A DNA stretch of 64,000 bases from Selaginella moellendorffii (taxonomy: Eukaryota > Plantae > Lycopodiophyta): contig NW_003314288.1 of NCBI RefSeq assembly GCF_000143415.4, positions 146,002 to 210,001 on the forward strand, written 5' to 3'. Position 1 is the first letter of the stretch, and each line of letters opens with the position of its first letter. Position numbers and translations under genes: made by a program. Below are positions 1 to 13,630 of this stretch, piece by piece. Below the pieces are notes generated by a model that saw nothing but the letters and a program-made list of their open reading frames with translations, did no database searches and was not told where the DNA came from.

Positions 1-3000
1 AAATGATATTAACAGAGGTAGAGTCAATATGCCAACATGGAAAACCCATGTAAGTCTAACGACACGATCCTCCACAACACCATCTGGTAAAACAAGCCCA
101 TCACTGTTAAATCATCATCGAGCAAAGCAAGTGTCAACAGTCCTCGACTAAGTCTACAAGTAATCACTAGTCGCAAAGCAACTAACAATCACTCCTCAAC
201 TTGCCTTCACAAGACCCAAACACCAACTTTTATCATCAAGTTATATACTTATCCAACATGAATGTGATACCCCAGGTACGAGATAAAAGTTCATGGACAA
301 GCACCAACCAAATGACTACTCGAATCCAACTCAACCGTAATAAACTCACTAAAACATTTAGCCACTAGCTCTGAGCATGCCTTGAAGAGGCTAGCTACGC
401 ATAATCAACACTCAGTTGAAACTAAAGTGAAGACTATGAGATGGACTCATATCGGTACACAACCTCCTTATAGACAAAGCTATAGTATGGGTACCAACAC
501 CTCAAACTCAAATAACTAAGTTGGACATCACCATCCTTAGCCAAGGTGTAGGGCCACCAAGACCAAGTCAAGATCAGTGAGAGCTTACTACTCTCATAGA
601 GTTTAACGAAATGCAAGATGCAAACTACCACCAAGCACAACGCTTATAGAAGAAAGGCACAAAGGTCACCTTTCTTAGAAAAACACAACAACCACTTTTC
701 TACACCGACTCTAGACTCTATCCAACTCAATTGCCTTAGCCCCAAAAGTTAGCATCCCTTTCGGGCTGCATCATACAAACTACATACTAAGGTCTAGGCT
801 AACCGAAGTTAACTCCAACCCTTTCACTAGTTTGTATTGGCTTACAAAAACAGAATGGTTTTCAAGCAAAGTGACCGACAGATCAGCCATTGGAAAAACC
901 TAAGAAAATTTGTGGAAAAATTTCCATCATAGAGAAAGAATGACTCTCAATCCAGGAATACAAACTTTCAAGACTCAACTAACTTCCTTCTACCAACAAC
1001 TTCATATAGGTTCATTTCAATACCAATTCTCATGACTCATAGCATGTTTAAGCATCAAACATCTTTTGCCCATTTTTCCGACATCCAACACTGATGTTCG
1101 CAAAATGCAAAGTGAACACCCAAGGCTTGATCACGAAGACCACATCTTTGAATATCCACATTGCACTAACACTTTTTTTCAATCATGTTCAAGATCCAAT
1201 ATGATGCCAAAACACTAATAAGAAAAATGACATGGAAAATCAAGGTTTAAGGAGAATTCCTCATCACTCAAAATAACAATGCCACTTCCACCAACACTAG
1301 TGCTAGTGATGTCAATGCCTCAACTACACACTGTCTCCATCCAACAATCTACTCCAAGTGCTAACGGATCAACTAATGAGGTATACAAATAAATGCTACA
1401 ACCCTTTTTCCAACACCTTATGGGCAAACCCTCAAGAACAAGGAACCAATTTAAGCTTAGCATAATGGACCACCATTAAAAATCCAATCAAAGCTACTAC
1501 AATGCTACTATATGTAAATAGACTAGCTTCACTATCAACCACTTTGGGGTTGATCATTGTTTAACCAAGCAACTTCGTAAACGCATTGCTCATTATCACA
1601 TGGATATGATATAAATATCACAATGACTTGATCATCAATTAAACAACACCATGAGCAATGCCAATGTCATTATTTCAAAGGTTCATGTGACTATCAAGTG
1701 CCAACTCAATTCGACAAAATGCAACATAAATGCCACACCCCACCAATAGAGATTTATAACACCGAAGACCACTAACTTTTGTTCACAACATGGGCAAACT
1801 CATGCCACTCTCTTTCCGACCAAACTCAAAACTAATCCAACACCAAGCTACTCAGAGAGCAATAGTAAGGTTCCTCATAAAAGAATTAAGCATTGTAACC
1901 CAAGTCTTCTAATACCAAGCCTAGATAAAATGGTATAGCGCTTCACCATTATCCATCCCATAACTCACTACTTGTAAGACCACCATAACCAACATGCATC
2001 AAGGTAGGGACTCTTGATTGCATAACGTGAATACGAGCAATGAGTTAACACTTCATTGCTAATCATCTCTCCAAGAAGAGTAAGATGATTTACGTGTTTG
2101 ATCTTTCGTCCCTGACGACTCTCTTTTCGGTCTCATCTTTGACCAAACCTCAAGCTTGCATTCGTACTGCCTTCAGTCCAATCCAAGAAAAGTTTATGAG
2201 AGAGCACGGCAATGATTACTTGAACCAATAGACCAATCCCCACAGTCTTGATTGATTCACCCATAATCATGCCTAGGAAGGATCTATTAGTGCGGTGCTA
2301 AATAGCTACGGACTAGCCTATTTACCACTCATAGCAAACCCAGGGAAAGTTTACTTTCACCCATGATACATGGAACAACTCAATCCTCCTTGTGAGCCTA
2401 AGAGCAAACTCACATTATCATGGTATTAAAAAAAAAAAAAGGTAACTAAATCCATACCCAAGGAACCATTGCAAAGCTTTTGCACCCAAACGTGTACCCA
2501 CTCGGATCATTCTTTTCATCTCTACATATGCAACGAGACTAGTTGCCCAATCTCATTGAATAGTACTCGCTGAGACTCGTCCTCTAATACCAAATGTAGC
2601 GCACGTGGTTTTGGCCCTTTATCCTATGGTGATTTACCATAGGATAACACCACGAAGCGGAACCTAAACCCTCTTTGTGCCACGTGACAGATGCCATGTG
2701 TCACATGCCACGTGTCCAAAGGACAGTGGTGTGGAACCCAAGGTTCAGGGCCTTGGGCCACTGAATGAAGGAACGGTGCCAAACTCCCACGCATGGAGCC
2801 AAGGAGTGACGAAACCGAACCATGAAACAACTCCTGAGCATACAGCCCAAGGAACAAAGGGACAGGAGCCCGGAGCGATTTAGAACAATCCTAGAGTAAC
2901 CAACATCCCAATGCCAGGACTAGCATGCAAAACGGAGCCAAACGGAGTCTGGCACTATTTCAGCATACCGGTGGCCTAACGCGAGGATATGGGTACTCTA

Positions 3001-3216
3001 CCAGCTAGCATGGTGTGGAGCTTGGGCTTAGACCCAAGCCGGACGCAGAACAAGGACAAGCACACAAGTGGGAGCTAAACTATGCCTCAGGTTAGTCGGC
3101 CATGCCCGACCTACCCACTATCCCTACTATATATTTGGAACCCCCCATATCCCCCCGCCCCAGGAACACACACTTTGGGCTTTCACCCCAAGCCTCCCTT
3201 AGTACCAGGAGTTAGT

Positions 3217-4364
3217 TGTAAGCCACAAATTTTTCCTTTCCACTTTGCCAGCTTACCTCGCCTATCCGTCCAACACTGCCTTGGCTTTTGCTAAGTTCCC
3301 TTGCCAAGGTTCTCGCCTATGGTACCAGCTCCTACTTGGTTTCAGCTACTCACTGCACGAGCAACGGAGTGTTAGCCATCCTTCCATGGATTCCCAAATC
3401 ACTCCCAATCCCCCTCCCCGGGTTAGACTGGACTTAAGGTTCGGCTACACTCCCCGCAAGCACAAGCAGCCAAGCACACCAAGCTTCCAGGTTCCTAACA
3501 TCCCTTGGTACCACAAGACTTGATCATGGGACCCTCTAAATCCCAAGTCTTGAGTGCAACGCTTGCTTCGGGACGCCGGGGCGAAACACCGTGGCCTAGC
3601 GGCCCGGTATGGGTACCTCTCGCCCCCCACTTCCATCCCGAAGGAAGGCCCAAGCCCCTAGGAAGGGCGAGGACCAATGAGCCGCATGGTACTCAAGTGG
3701 GGCACCACTCCACATGAGCCGGGAGCACCGCAATCGGTTTCCCTTTCGGGAGTGGGAGCTGCTCTTGAGCACTTCCTTGGATGGCCCCTCCGGCACCAGC
3801 CAAGTCCATGCTCACTCCCACCCAAGGCCCCTCAGTCCCAGTCCCAACCTCAAGTCGGTTTGGAAGCCCAACTGGAGAGTCCCTTCAAAACTGGTTCCTG
3901 GACCTCACTATCCCTACTATACTTTTGGAACCCCCTGCAGCCCCCCCCCCCTGGGAGACGCACACTTTGGGCTTTCACCCCTTGACCCGTATTAGTATTT
4001 GGACTTAGTCTCTGGCTCGATCTCGGACCCGATTTCGGATCCGACTTCGGATTCGGGTTCGGACTCGATCACGGACTCGATCTCGGACCCGATCTCGGAC
4101 CCGACCTCGGACTCGACCTCGGACTCGGTCCTGGACCCGATTTCGGATCTCGGACTCCGTCTCGAACTCGGTCTCGAACTCGGACTCGAACTCGGTCCCC
4201 GAGTCGGTCTCGGACTCGATTCCGGACTCTATCTCGAACTCGGTCCTAGAGTCAGTCTTGGACTCGACCCTCGACTTGGTCCCATCCGATGAACTCTTTG
4301 TCACTTCGGTCAAGCTTTTGGGGATCCTTTAGCCTGCGACATCTCGGGGAGTCGGTTCCTTACA
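3217..4364 (-). repeat. 3' LTR of element A
   Basis: Direct repeat of 9600-10748; abuts the PPT. Confidence 0.95.
4017..4290. repeat. Degenerate CTCGGA hexamer array in LTR U3 (also 10401-10670)
   Basis: Visible CTCGGA/CTCGAA/CTCGGT units; they produce the SDSIS and RVRDR spurious ORFs. Confidence 0.85.
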
Positions 4365-4767
4365 ACTCCACCACCCATAGAAGAAGTTCGATGCCCACAT
4401 CGAACGTCTCGTCTTATCCTACGACTTGTTGTCCATGTCTCCGGGGGCATCCCCCCACTTAGCGGTGTGCCTAAGTTAGCCTCCCCGGCCAAGAGCCCAT
4501 GACAACGGAATATAGGTGTCCCTATATTCCTCACCTCACCACGCCCTAGTATAGGGTCGGGACTTGAACCCAGCCTTGCTTTACTAGGGGGTTGGGACTC
4601 GAACCCAACCTCCGTAGAATACGTCTACGGATTCGACATCCCCGCAGGGAGTCGGGCGTAGTGCCCTACGCCTGGTCGACCTATCCAACCCATGCTAATT
4701 AGCTTACCTTTGGCGCGCCTTCGGGTCCCAACATATGCCATTTGCTCAACTTTGCAAATTGATATTT

Positions 4768-7700
4768 TTAATTGAATTTTGCATAAGTACATAGAGTTCT
4801 GCCTCGCAGAAATTCCTCCACTAGATCTCGCGCGTTCGCTAGGTTCTCCTCCGGTTCCCATGTTGCTTCGCAGTGTGGAAATCCTTTCCACTTCACATGG
4901 AACTCTCTCACCTCGCGTCCTTGTCGCTTGCTCTTGCGCGCATTGAGGATGGCCTCGACTTCGTATTCCTCTTCCCCTTGGATAACCTCAGGTAAAGGTC
5001 TCACTTGGTCCTTGCGAAGCGGATCCTCAAAGTACGGCTTGAGTAAGTTCACGTGGAACACTGGGTGCATCTTCCCCATCTCTCGAGGAAGTCGGAGTCG
5101 GTAAGCCACTTTACCGATTTGTGCCTCAATTTCATAAGGCCCCGCGAACCTGCTTAAGGAACTCAAGATCAATTCATTTACAGGAATACATGCGTCTTTA
5201 CCTTTGGGTCAACTTTCGGCTGATCCAGCTTGGTAGTCTGAGGTTCTTGGTGTTCAGCCACACCTTCTCCCCAGCTTGGAACTCCACATCCCGACGCTTT
5301 TGGTTCGCGTACTTAGTTTGCCTTTGTTGAGCCCGTTCCAAGGAATCCCTCACTAGATTCCAAATGTTGAGTCTTTCCGCCGTGAATGCCTCCACTGCGG
5401 GTAACTCTCCATGATACTCGGCCACGCCGAGTTCCACAGGACCTTCAATAGCTCGCCCATTGATGACTTCCCATGGACTCACCCCGATGCTTGAGTGTGG
5501 TGAGTTGTTATAACACATTTCCGCAAGTCCCAAATGACTTACCCAGTCGGTCTGGTCTCCCGAGTCATAGCATCGCAAATAATCCTCCAGCTGCCTATTC
5601 ACCCTTTCCGTTTGTCCGTCTGTCAAGAAGTGTTAGTGCCATCAATCTTGACTTAATACCCATTACCTGTCTGTGGGTGATAGGCTGTGCTGAATTTCAA
5701 TTTGGTGCGATACTGTTCTAGGAGTGTCCTCCAGAACCTACTAGTGAAGATCTTATCTCGATCTGAGATAATCTCTTCCGGCCTTCCCCGCACTCGAACC
5801 ACTTGTTCAAAGAACAGCTTCGCCACACCTTCCGCATCCACGTCCGTTGTGGTGGGTATGAAATGTGCCATCTTTGAAAATCGGTCCACCACCACGAATA
5901 TCGCATCGAACCCCTCGCTTGGGGGTAGTCCCGTGATGAAGTCCATCGTAAGACATTTCCATGGGCGATCTGGAATTGGGATGCTTTGCAACAAGCCCCC
6001 ACTAGCCTTAGTCACGGCTTTGACCTGCTGACATGTTGGACATGTCTTTACATAGTCTTGGACGTCCTTAGCCATATCTGGCCAATGGTACTTCCTCTTG
6101 AGTAAGCCCATCGTCTTGGGCACTCCGCCGTGTCCCGCAAGAGGTCCGTCATGACACTCTTCTAAGGCCACCTTCCTTAGTTCCCCTTCTGGAACATACA
6201 CCCTCGTTTGCTTGTAATAAATGAGTCCGTTGCGTTCCGCATAGCCCGTTTTCTCTTCCGTTGGCAGCTCACCTCTCTGGTGAGCTTCCCGCGCCTCTAG
6301 ATTCCTCAGCAACACTTCTTGTGCTAGACCATCGTTCTCATATGCTGTCCGCACATCGTCCCAGAAGGTTGCTGTTGCGCTGGATATTGCCAACTTCAAG
6401 CTCGCTTTTCGACTTAGCGCATCCGCCACGATGTTGCTCTTCCCAGGCTTGTACAGAATTTCGCAATCAAACTCAGCCAAGGCATTGGCCCACCGACCTT
6501 GTTTCCCTCTTAGGTCGGGCTGTGACAAGAAGTGTTTCGTTGCCACATTGTCCGTGTAAACCTTGAAGTGTCTCCCAAGGTAGTGTCGCCACTCCTTGAG
6601 TGCCTTGACCACCGCAAACAATTCCTTCTCATGGGCAGGCCACTTCCGTTGAGCCTTGTCCAGCTTCTTCGAGAAGAACGCTACCGGATGGTTGTCTTGC
6701 TTCAGAACTGCGCCCAACGCAAAGTCCGAAGCATCCGTTTCTACCTCAAAGTCCTTACCAAAGTCTGGCAATGCCAATACGGGAGCCTTTCTCAACTTCC
6801 CTTTGAGGTGGACGAATGCCGCCTCGCATTCTGCTGTCCATACCATCTTCCCTTTTCCTGTTTGGTCCGTTAAGGGCAGGGCTACTCTCGAATAGTGTCT
6901 GATAAACTTTCGATAGTAGTTGCATAGCCCCAGGAACGCCCTCAACTCATGTACATTCGATGGTCGCTCCCATTCCTGGATCGCTTGGACCTTCTCCGGG
7001 TCCCCCTTGAGCCCGTCCTGGCCCACCACATGCCCGAGAAACTTTACCTCTTGTTGAGCAAAGTCACATTTGCTCTCTTTAGCATACAGCTTGTGTTCCC
7101 TTAGTTTCTCAAACACCTTCGCCAAGTGTTCGGCATGCTCTTCTAGCGTCTCGCTATAGATCAGGATGTCGTCGATATAGACGACCACGAAGTGATCCAG
7201 ATAGGGTACAAAGACGTGGTTCATTAGCGCCGAAAACGTTGCCGGCGCATTACATAGCCCGAAGGGCATCACCAGAAACTCAAAGCTCCCATACCTCGTT
7301 CGACAGGTTGTCTTCTCGACATCTTCCTCGGCTACCCTGATCTGGTAGTATCCTGACCTTAGGTCAATCCTCGAGAAGTATTTTGCCTTTCCCAACCTAT
7401 CGAACAGGTCCTCAATTCTTGGCAAAGGGTACTTGTTCTTCTTTGTATACTTGTTGAGCAAGCGGTAGTCTATGCACATGCGCATAGATCCATCTTTCTT
7501 TTTCACAAATAACACCGGCGCCCCATACGGCGACTTGCTCAACCTAACATACCCTTTATCCACCAACTCCTCTAGTTGGCACTTGAGCTCCTTGAGTTCT
7601 TTTTCGTTCAAACGATAAGGGGGACGAACCACTGCCTCAGCACCCTCGACCAGCTCAATCTTATGTTCTATCGGTCGTGCTGGGGGCAGCCCCGCCGGTA

Positions 7701-9540
7701 GCTCCTCCGGCATGGTATCCTGGAATTGGTCCAACACCCGCTGGATCACTAAAGGCACTTCTTCCGTTCTTGTCTTTTTGTCACTCTTCACCGAGAGTAA
7801 GCACAAAAAGGCCGCCTTAGTTCCTTTAGTGAGTTGTCCTCTCGTGGACACCAGGTTTAAGCAGGATTCTTTGGCCTTGCTTTGCCCTACCTTTAGATCC
7901 TGGGCTTCCACCCTAGATCTTCTTCCTTGGGCATTCGCCAGTACCACAAGGTTCCTACCTTGTCCATGTAGGGCTACCACGAACCGATTGAACCAATCCA
8001 TTCCGAAGATCACGTCAAATCCCGCCATGTCCAACACGGTGAAATCCATGTCTACCTTCCATGTCCCTACTTCGACTTTCGCTTGTCGAAGTACCTCATC
8101 GGTGCTTTGGCTACCTTGAACAAACTCTATAGTCCTTGGTTCGCCTAGCCGCTGCACCGTTAGTCCGGCTTGCCGGACTATGTCTGCAGCCACAAAATTA
8201 TCCGAAGCACCCGTGTCAATAAGGATCTTAACAAAGCTACCTCCGAGCTTCCCTCGGAGGGCTAGTAGATGTCGCGAACGACTCTCTACCAAAGTTGCTC
8301 GTGTAATGAGTAACTTTGAGTCAGGGACTGGATCACATACCTCATTTTGGACTTCGCCCGACTTGATGGCCATATTGGCTCTGGCCTTCTTCGGGTAGGG
8401 ACATTCCCTCGAAAAGTGTCCCGCTTCACCGTAGTTATAGCATACGTTGTTTCCCACGCTGCTATATGACTTGACCTTCTTATCCGTGGGTTTGTCTCTT
8501 TTCGCTTGACTCCCCCACGTACTTGCTCGCTGGCCACCGGATTTGCCTTTCCGAAATCCCGAGGACTCATTCTTAGAGAAACTCTTCTTGAATTTCCCCC
8601 TGCTATATGTTCCCCTCGGTTTGGCCCCTTTGTGAAACGTGGATCCCGACCCCGTCGTGTTCCCCTTTCGCAGGTTATCGTTGAAATGCACCTTGATGGC
8701 CGCATCCAACGCTTCCTTGTAGTTGGTCGGGTTCCAGCGCATCACCTCACCGCGAGCCCAGGTTTGCAAACCTGATATAAAGGCATGGAACGCATCCATA
8801 TCCCCCATGTCCGTGACAAGTATCCTCTTTGCCATGAACCCATTCACATATTCCTGGATGGTTCCAGTCTGCTTCAGCCTACTCAGCTCATCTCTCAGAT
8901 GCAGAGTGGCATTCGGAGGAACGTATGTAGCGCGGATCCTCGCCTTCATCATGTCCCAGGTGGCCACCGGTCCTTCGTTGGCCTCCGTTGTTCTCCACCA
9001 AGACTTGGCATTATCTGCCAAGTATGGTTTTGCACATGGGACCTTCTCAGAGCTCGGTAACCGTAACGCTCGGAAGTAGTCCTCCATATCGTAAAACCAA
9101 TCCTCCACAACCTTATAGTTGTTCACTCCCTTGAACACCGGTGGGGGCTTTGGTTTGTACTTGGGAACTGCCTGAGGGACTGATTCCACTTCGGTCTGTT
9201 CGACCTTGTCTGGTTTTGCCTCAGTCTCTGCCGAAGGGTCCGCACCTTCTGCACTGCCAGCATCCGCAGTCTTTCGCCTTTTCTTCCGTTTCTCATCACG
9301 CTTTAGCTTGCGTACGAGAGTCTCCAGCAGGGCATTGGTCTGCGCCAATTGACCTTCTAGAACATCCAATCGAGCCTTGGACGACCGAACCTCGCCACCG
9401 GACTCCTGTTTGGAAGTTTCCTCACTAGAGTCCTCCTCATGCAAGGATTCCTCATCCATAGCCTCTTGTTCGACCGGAGGCTCCAGCTCTGGCGGAGGTT
9501 CTGTCTCCGCCTGGGTTCGCTTACGCCCTGCCCTTGCCAT
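4768..9540 (-). CDS. Gag-Pol polyprotein (Gag, Zn knuckle, PR, RT, RNase H, IN, chromodomain); 3 exons 9540-5667, 5619-5202, 5149-4768; 1557 aa when spliced
   Basis: Motifs [49 protein letters not shown] and chromodomain YEVEAIL..VKWKGF..TWEP. The three ORFs join in frame (4674 nt) after removing two GT-AG introns. The Zn knuckle carries C>Y ([14 protein letters not shown]). Confidence 0.9.
5150..5201 (-). other. 52-nt spliceosomal-type intron in the integrase C-terminal (GPY) region
   Basis: AAG|GTAAAG...TCCTTAAGCAG|G; removal restores [12 protein letters not shown]. Confidence 0.85.
5620..5666 (-). other. 47-nt spliceosomal-type intron in the integrase core
   Basis: CAG|GTAATG...CACTAAC..CTTCTTGACAG|AC; removal restores [12 protein letters not shown]. 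Confidence 0.85.
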
Positions 9541-9599
9541 CTCCCAGCAATCCGCCTCTATCCTTCGCTAGAACTGAGGAGAAGGCTCCGATACCAAAT

Positions 9600-10748
9600 T
9601 GTAAGCCACAAATTTTTCCTTTCCACTTTGCCAGCTTACCTCGCCTATCCGTCCAACACTGCCTTGGCTTTTGCTAAGTTCCCTCGCCAAGGTTCTCGCC
9701 TATGGTACCAGCTCCTACTTGGTTTCAGCTACTCACTGCACGAGCAACGGAGTGTTAGCCATCCTTCCATGGATTCCCAAATCACTCCCAATCCCCCTCC
9801 CCGGGTTAGACTGGACTTAAGGTTCAGCTACACTCCCCGCAAGCACAAGCAGCCAAGCACACCAAGCTTCCAGGTTCCTAACATCCCTTGGTACCACAAG
9901 ACTTGATCATGGGACCCTCTAAATCCCAAGTCTTGAGTGCAACGCTTGCTTCGGGACGCCGGGGCGAAACACCGTGGCCTAGCGGTCCGGTATGGGTACC
10001 TCTCGCCCCCCACTTCCATCCCGAAGGAAGGCCCAAGCCCCTAGGAAGGGCGAGGACCAATGAGCCGCATGGTACTCAAGTGGGGCACCACTCCACATGA
10101 GCCGGGAGCACCGCAATCGGTTTCCCTTTCGGGAGTGGGAGCTGCTCTTGAGCACTTCCTTGGATGGCCCCTCCGGCACCAGCCAAGTCCATGCTCACTC
10201 CCACCCAAGGCCCCTCGGTCCCAGTCCCAACCTCAAGTCGGTTTGGAAGCCCAACTGGAGAGTCCCTTCAAAACTGGTTCCTGGACCTCACTATCCCTAC
10301 TATACTTTTGGAACCCCCTGCAGCCCCCCCCCCCCTGGGAGACGCACGCTTTGGGCTTTCACCCCTTGACCCGTATTAGTATTTGGACTTAGTCTCTGGC
10401 TCGATCTCGGACCCGATTTCGGATCCGACTTCGGATTCGGGTTCGGACTCGATCACGGACTCGATCTCGGACCCGATCTCGGACCCGACCTCGGACTCGA
10501 CCTCGGACTCGGTCCTGGACCCGATTTCGGATCTCGGACTCCGTCTCGAACTCGGTCTCGAACTCGGACTCGAACTCGGTCCCCGAGTCGGTCTCGGACT
10601 CGATTCCGGACTCTATCTCGAACTCGGTCCTAGAGTCAGTCTTGGACTCGACCCTCGACTTGGTCCCATCCGATGAACTCTTTGTCACTTCGGTCAAGCT
10701 TTTGGGGATCCTTTAGCTTGCGACATCTCGGGGAGTCGGTTCCTTACA
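9600..10748 (-). repeat. 5' LTR of element A
   Basis: Direct repeat of 3217-4364; abuts the PBS. Confidence 0.95.
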
Positions 10749-11272
10749 TTAGTCTCTGCGACAAGCTTAAAACTTACTAAATTTGGAATGTTCCTAGATT
10801 GCGAATTTGGACACAGGATGAACACTATTGTGTTCAAAACAATCTCTACATTCCGTAGATATGCCAAATGAGCAAATCTAGACATTTTCCATAAATAGCA
10901 TTTGGGACCGAAATGAGACTAACACAAAGGGCATGATAGTGAGGGTGTTTGGCAGACACGGTAAGCTATCATCTAGCGATGTTGAGGGACCAATCTCAAT
11001 ATCGCGGGGGTTCTTGATACTAGCAAGTGCAAGCCAATGACTCAAGTTTGTCAAACCAGGCCGAGTATGCTCAGCAAGAAACACATAGGGTTCCTACCTT
11101 ATGTTTATCCAATCTAAGTGCATGGTCATTGATCAGTTTCTCAACTAGCTCAAGTGGGAACTGATAACGGGTCCAGCAATACTGACCTCCTGCTATCGTG
11201 GCAATAAGGAAAGAATATCTGAAAGGACTAGCCAACAGGTAACTTTCAATACCCAAAGTCACATTTGCGATA

Positions 11273-12900
11273 GTGATGAAGAGGGTACACATTTGGGATC
11301 ATCACTTTGTTTAACGGATGATAGTCAATGCAAAAATAAATACTTTTATTAGATTTCATCACAAGATGGAATTCACACTTAAAGACTCTGTGACTTTTGG
11401 ATAACACCCTTTTCGAACATCTCCTTGACATTTGTACGTAAAATTTTGATTTCTTTTGGTGACTGATGACAAACATGAATCTTGATTGGATGAGCATCCT
11501 TAGTTAGAATAGGATGACATGTTGCAATCTTGGCCCCAGGCAATAGGTCAAATTCAAAGAGATTAGCATACTCCTTCATAAGTTAGAACACAAATATTGT
11601 TAGAGGGATTTGAAGAGGGAATAAAGGAATAAGAGAGAAATATAAAAGGAAGTAATAGAGAGATAAAAGTTATGGAAGCAAATATAGAAGTAAAGGGATA
11701 TAAAGGAACAATAATGAAAGGAATGGAAGAAATATAAAAAAGTATAAAACAAAGGGGAGAAATTTTAAAGTCACAATTGACATGATTGTGTTATTACCAA
11801 TTTATATTAAAAATGAGGTCAAAAGCTTCACTTGGCACCACTTGTAATGACTACAACTCAAGCTTGAGATTGTCTATATGCATAACTAGGTTTGCCTCAT
11901 TCGGTGCACATATATATGTATAACCATTGCCATAAAGAATGGTTTTGTTGTTTAATACAAATGTAGACGATAACATGTGGCAACAAGCCGAGCAATAAAA
12001 GATAAATTCGAGCCTATATTAACTGTTATGGAAAGAATAATAGAAGACTTTATGTTATAAAAATGAGTTTGAAAAGTAAACGCTAGATGAATTGGTATTG
12101 AGTGATCCCCTTGATAATACTCCCAAAAGAAAACTAGAGGAGTTAATAACTTATTCGTGCAAGGCCCTTCCATTATTCATATGACTCTTTGTTTCCCAGA
12201 AGCATCTCGGTGTCTAAATTTTCCATTGCAACAGCACTAATAAGACATTGTTGACACCAAGGTTTCCACCCAAGAAATAAAAGTTGCTAATCTGAAAAAT
12301 GCCAATAATACCCATAAGTATGACTAATTTCATCACATGCCCAGTAGTGGACATCATGCCCACAATCACATCCTCACCTTTATCCTTGAACTTGGGTAAT
12401 AGCAACATCAACCTCTAGTAGAACAGGACCATCTCTTATAAAAAGTGGAGTTGAAGAATGTATAACAAGAAGTGGATGTCTCATAATATTATACCAATAA
12501 AAGTGCATTGTCAAAGGTGGCTAGAGCAAGTGTATATAGAAGTTCTACAAGATCTTGACAAAGTGCTAGCTACAATATTCTCAACTTAATCCACTCTGAC
12601 ATATTTAGCTTCACATGAAACAAGAAGCTCTAGAAACAAATGCCAAATTGCATCGACAAAGATGATGTAATTATTAAAAGGCATCATCACAATCATTAGC
12701 ATATCCAAATGCATATTTGAAGATATATGGGAAAGTGCTTACACTCAAACCATTGTACCATTATAATACTTTCCTTTGGGGACACGTGGGAAACTCAAGC
12801 AATTGCTAAGCATTAGCCCAAGAATGATATGTGGCAATCACCGTAAAGTGATTGAACCAATGGTACATATTATCCCTAATATTCCCATGGAAGAGCTCTG
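11273..12900 (-). pseudogene. Highly decayed gypsy gag/PR/RT remnant; target of the family-X insertion
   Basis: RT-like peptide FCIDYHPLNKVMIPNVYPL is cut off at the family-X LTR edge; protease-like VNIGSNLSFI; many stops. Confidence 0.6.
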
Positions 12901-13436
12901 GTTGGACGCAAGGATTAACAACAAGAGCAAAAGAAGCTGTACTATGTTTTGTGAATACCACCATCAATTGAGTTTAATTATTCAATTGCAATTGCATAGG
13001 ATCAAACAATTGCACTAACTGCTATTGAGTCAAAGGAAGAAGAGATTGCTACTCTACCAGGAAGATGAAAGAAATGGAAAAGCAAAAGAAAAGAAATTGA
13101 AAAAGACTATAAGGAAAATGAAATCTAAACTATACAAAAGCTAGATCTAAACTAAAATCCCAAATTCAAGCACTCCTTAGGGACAATTAAAGCTACCTCT
13201 CACTTCCATGGATGCATGGAATATGGAAATATAATATAGAAATGTGTATATCAATTAGCTCAAAAACCCTAGTTTATATATAAGAGGGAATGGTTTGGAT
13301 TGAAATCAATTCGATAGCTATTAAAATCCTATTAATAGCTATATACTTAGACTCATAAATTTAGTATTCTATATTTTTTTAATTCAAACTTTATTATGCC
13401 CCTTTTGATCCCATTTATATTTCACCACTACCTCTA

Positions 13437-13630
13437 TGTAAATTTCTGAATTTTGACTTCCTAGGAAGTCACTCAACTCAGTATTATTCAAACTAAGAAT
13501 GTTTAACCTTAAGTATTCTAAAACCCTTAATCGATTGGAAAAAGAGGTGCACTTTTATTTACAAGCCATTTTCCTTTATATTTAAATCTTTATAGATCAT
13601 CTTTCAAGTCATTCTTTTTTGTTGTTTACA
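13437..13630 (-). mobile_element. Cassandra-type (5S-containing) solo LTR, degenerate
   Basis: 194 bp TG..CA with TSD CTCTA; reverse complement of 48226-48419 and 49276-49469. Confidence 0.8.

Larger units (their letters stand above)
3217..10748 (-). mobile_element. Full-length young Ty3/gypsy chromovirus (element A)
   Basis: TG..CA LTRs at 3217-4364 and 9600-10748 differ by about 6 substitutions and 1 indel. 5-bp TSD TTAGT (3212-3216/10749-10753). PBS TGGTATCGGAGC (9585-9596), PPT 4365-4379. Confidence 0.97.
1..11272 (-). mobile_element. Family-X non-coding LTR retroelement, partial: internal region 1-2594 plus 5' LTR 2595-11272, split by the gypsy insertion at 3217-10748
   Basis: LTR edge TGTAGCGCACG at 2595 is preceded by a tRNA-iMet-like PBS (CTCTAATACCA, 2582-2592). 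The LTR resumes at 10754 and ends ...CACATTTGCGATA at 11272. The internal sequence is the reverse complement of roughly 43530-46210 and has no long ORF. Confidence 0.8.

Noticed and set aside
2684-2716. ATGCCATGTGTCACATGCCAC in family-X LTRs resembling the transposon palindrome
   Set aside because: Direct TGCCA(C/T)GTG G-box-like repeats with different arm and spacing; not the inverted 8-6-8 motif.
4680-4790. Further introns after the chromodomain of element A
   Set aside because: An AT-rich patch and an AAG|GTAAGC donor exist, but no conserved frame is available to validate them.
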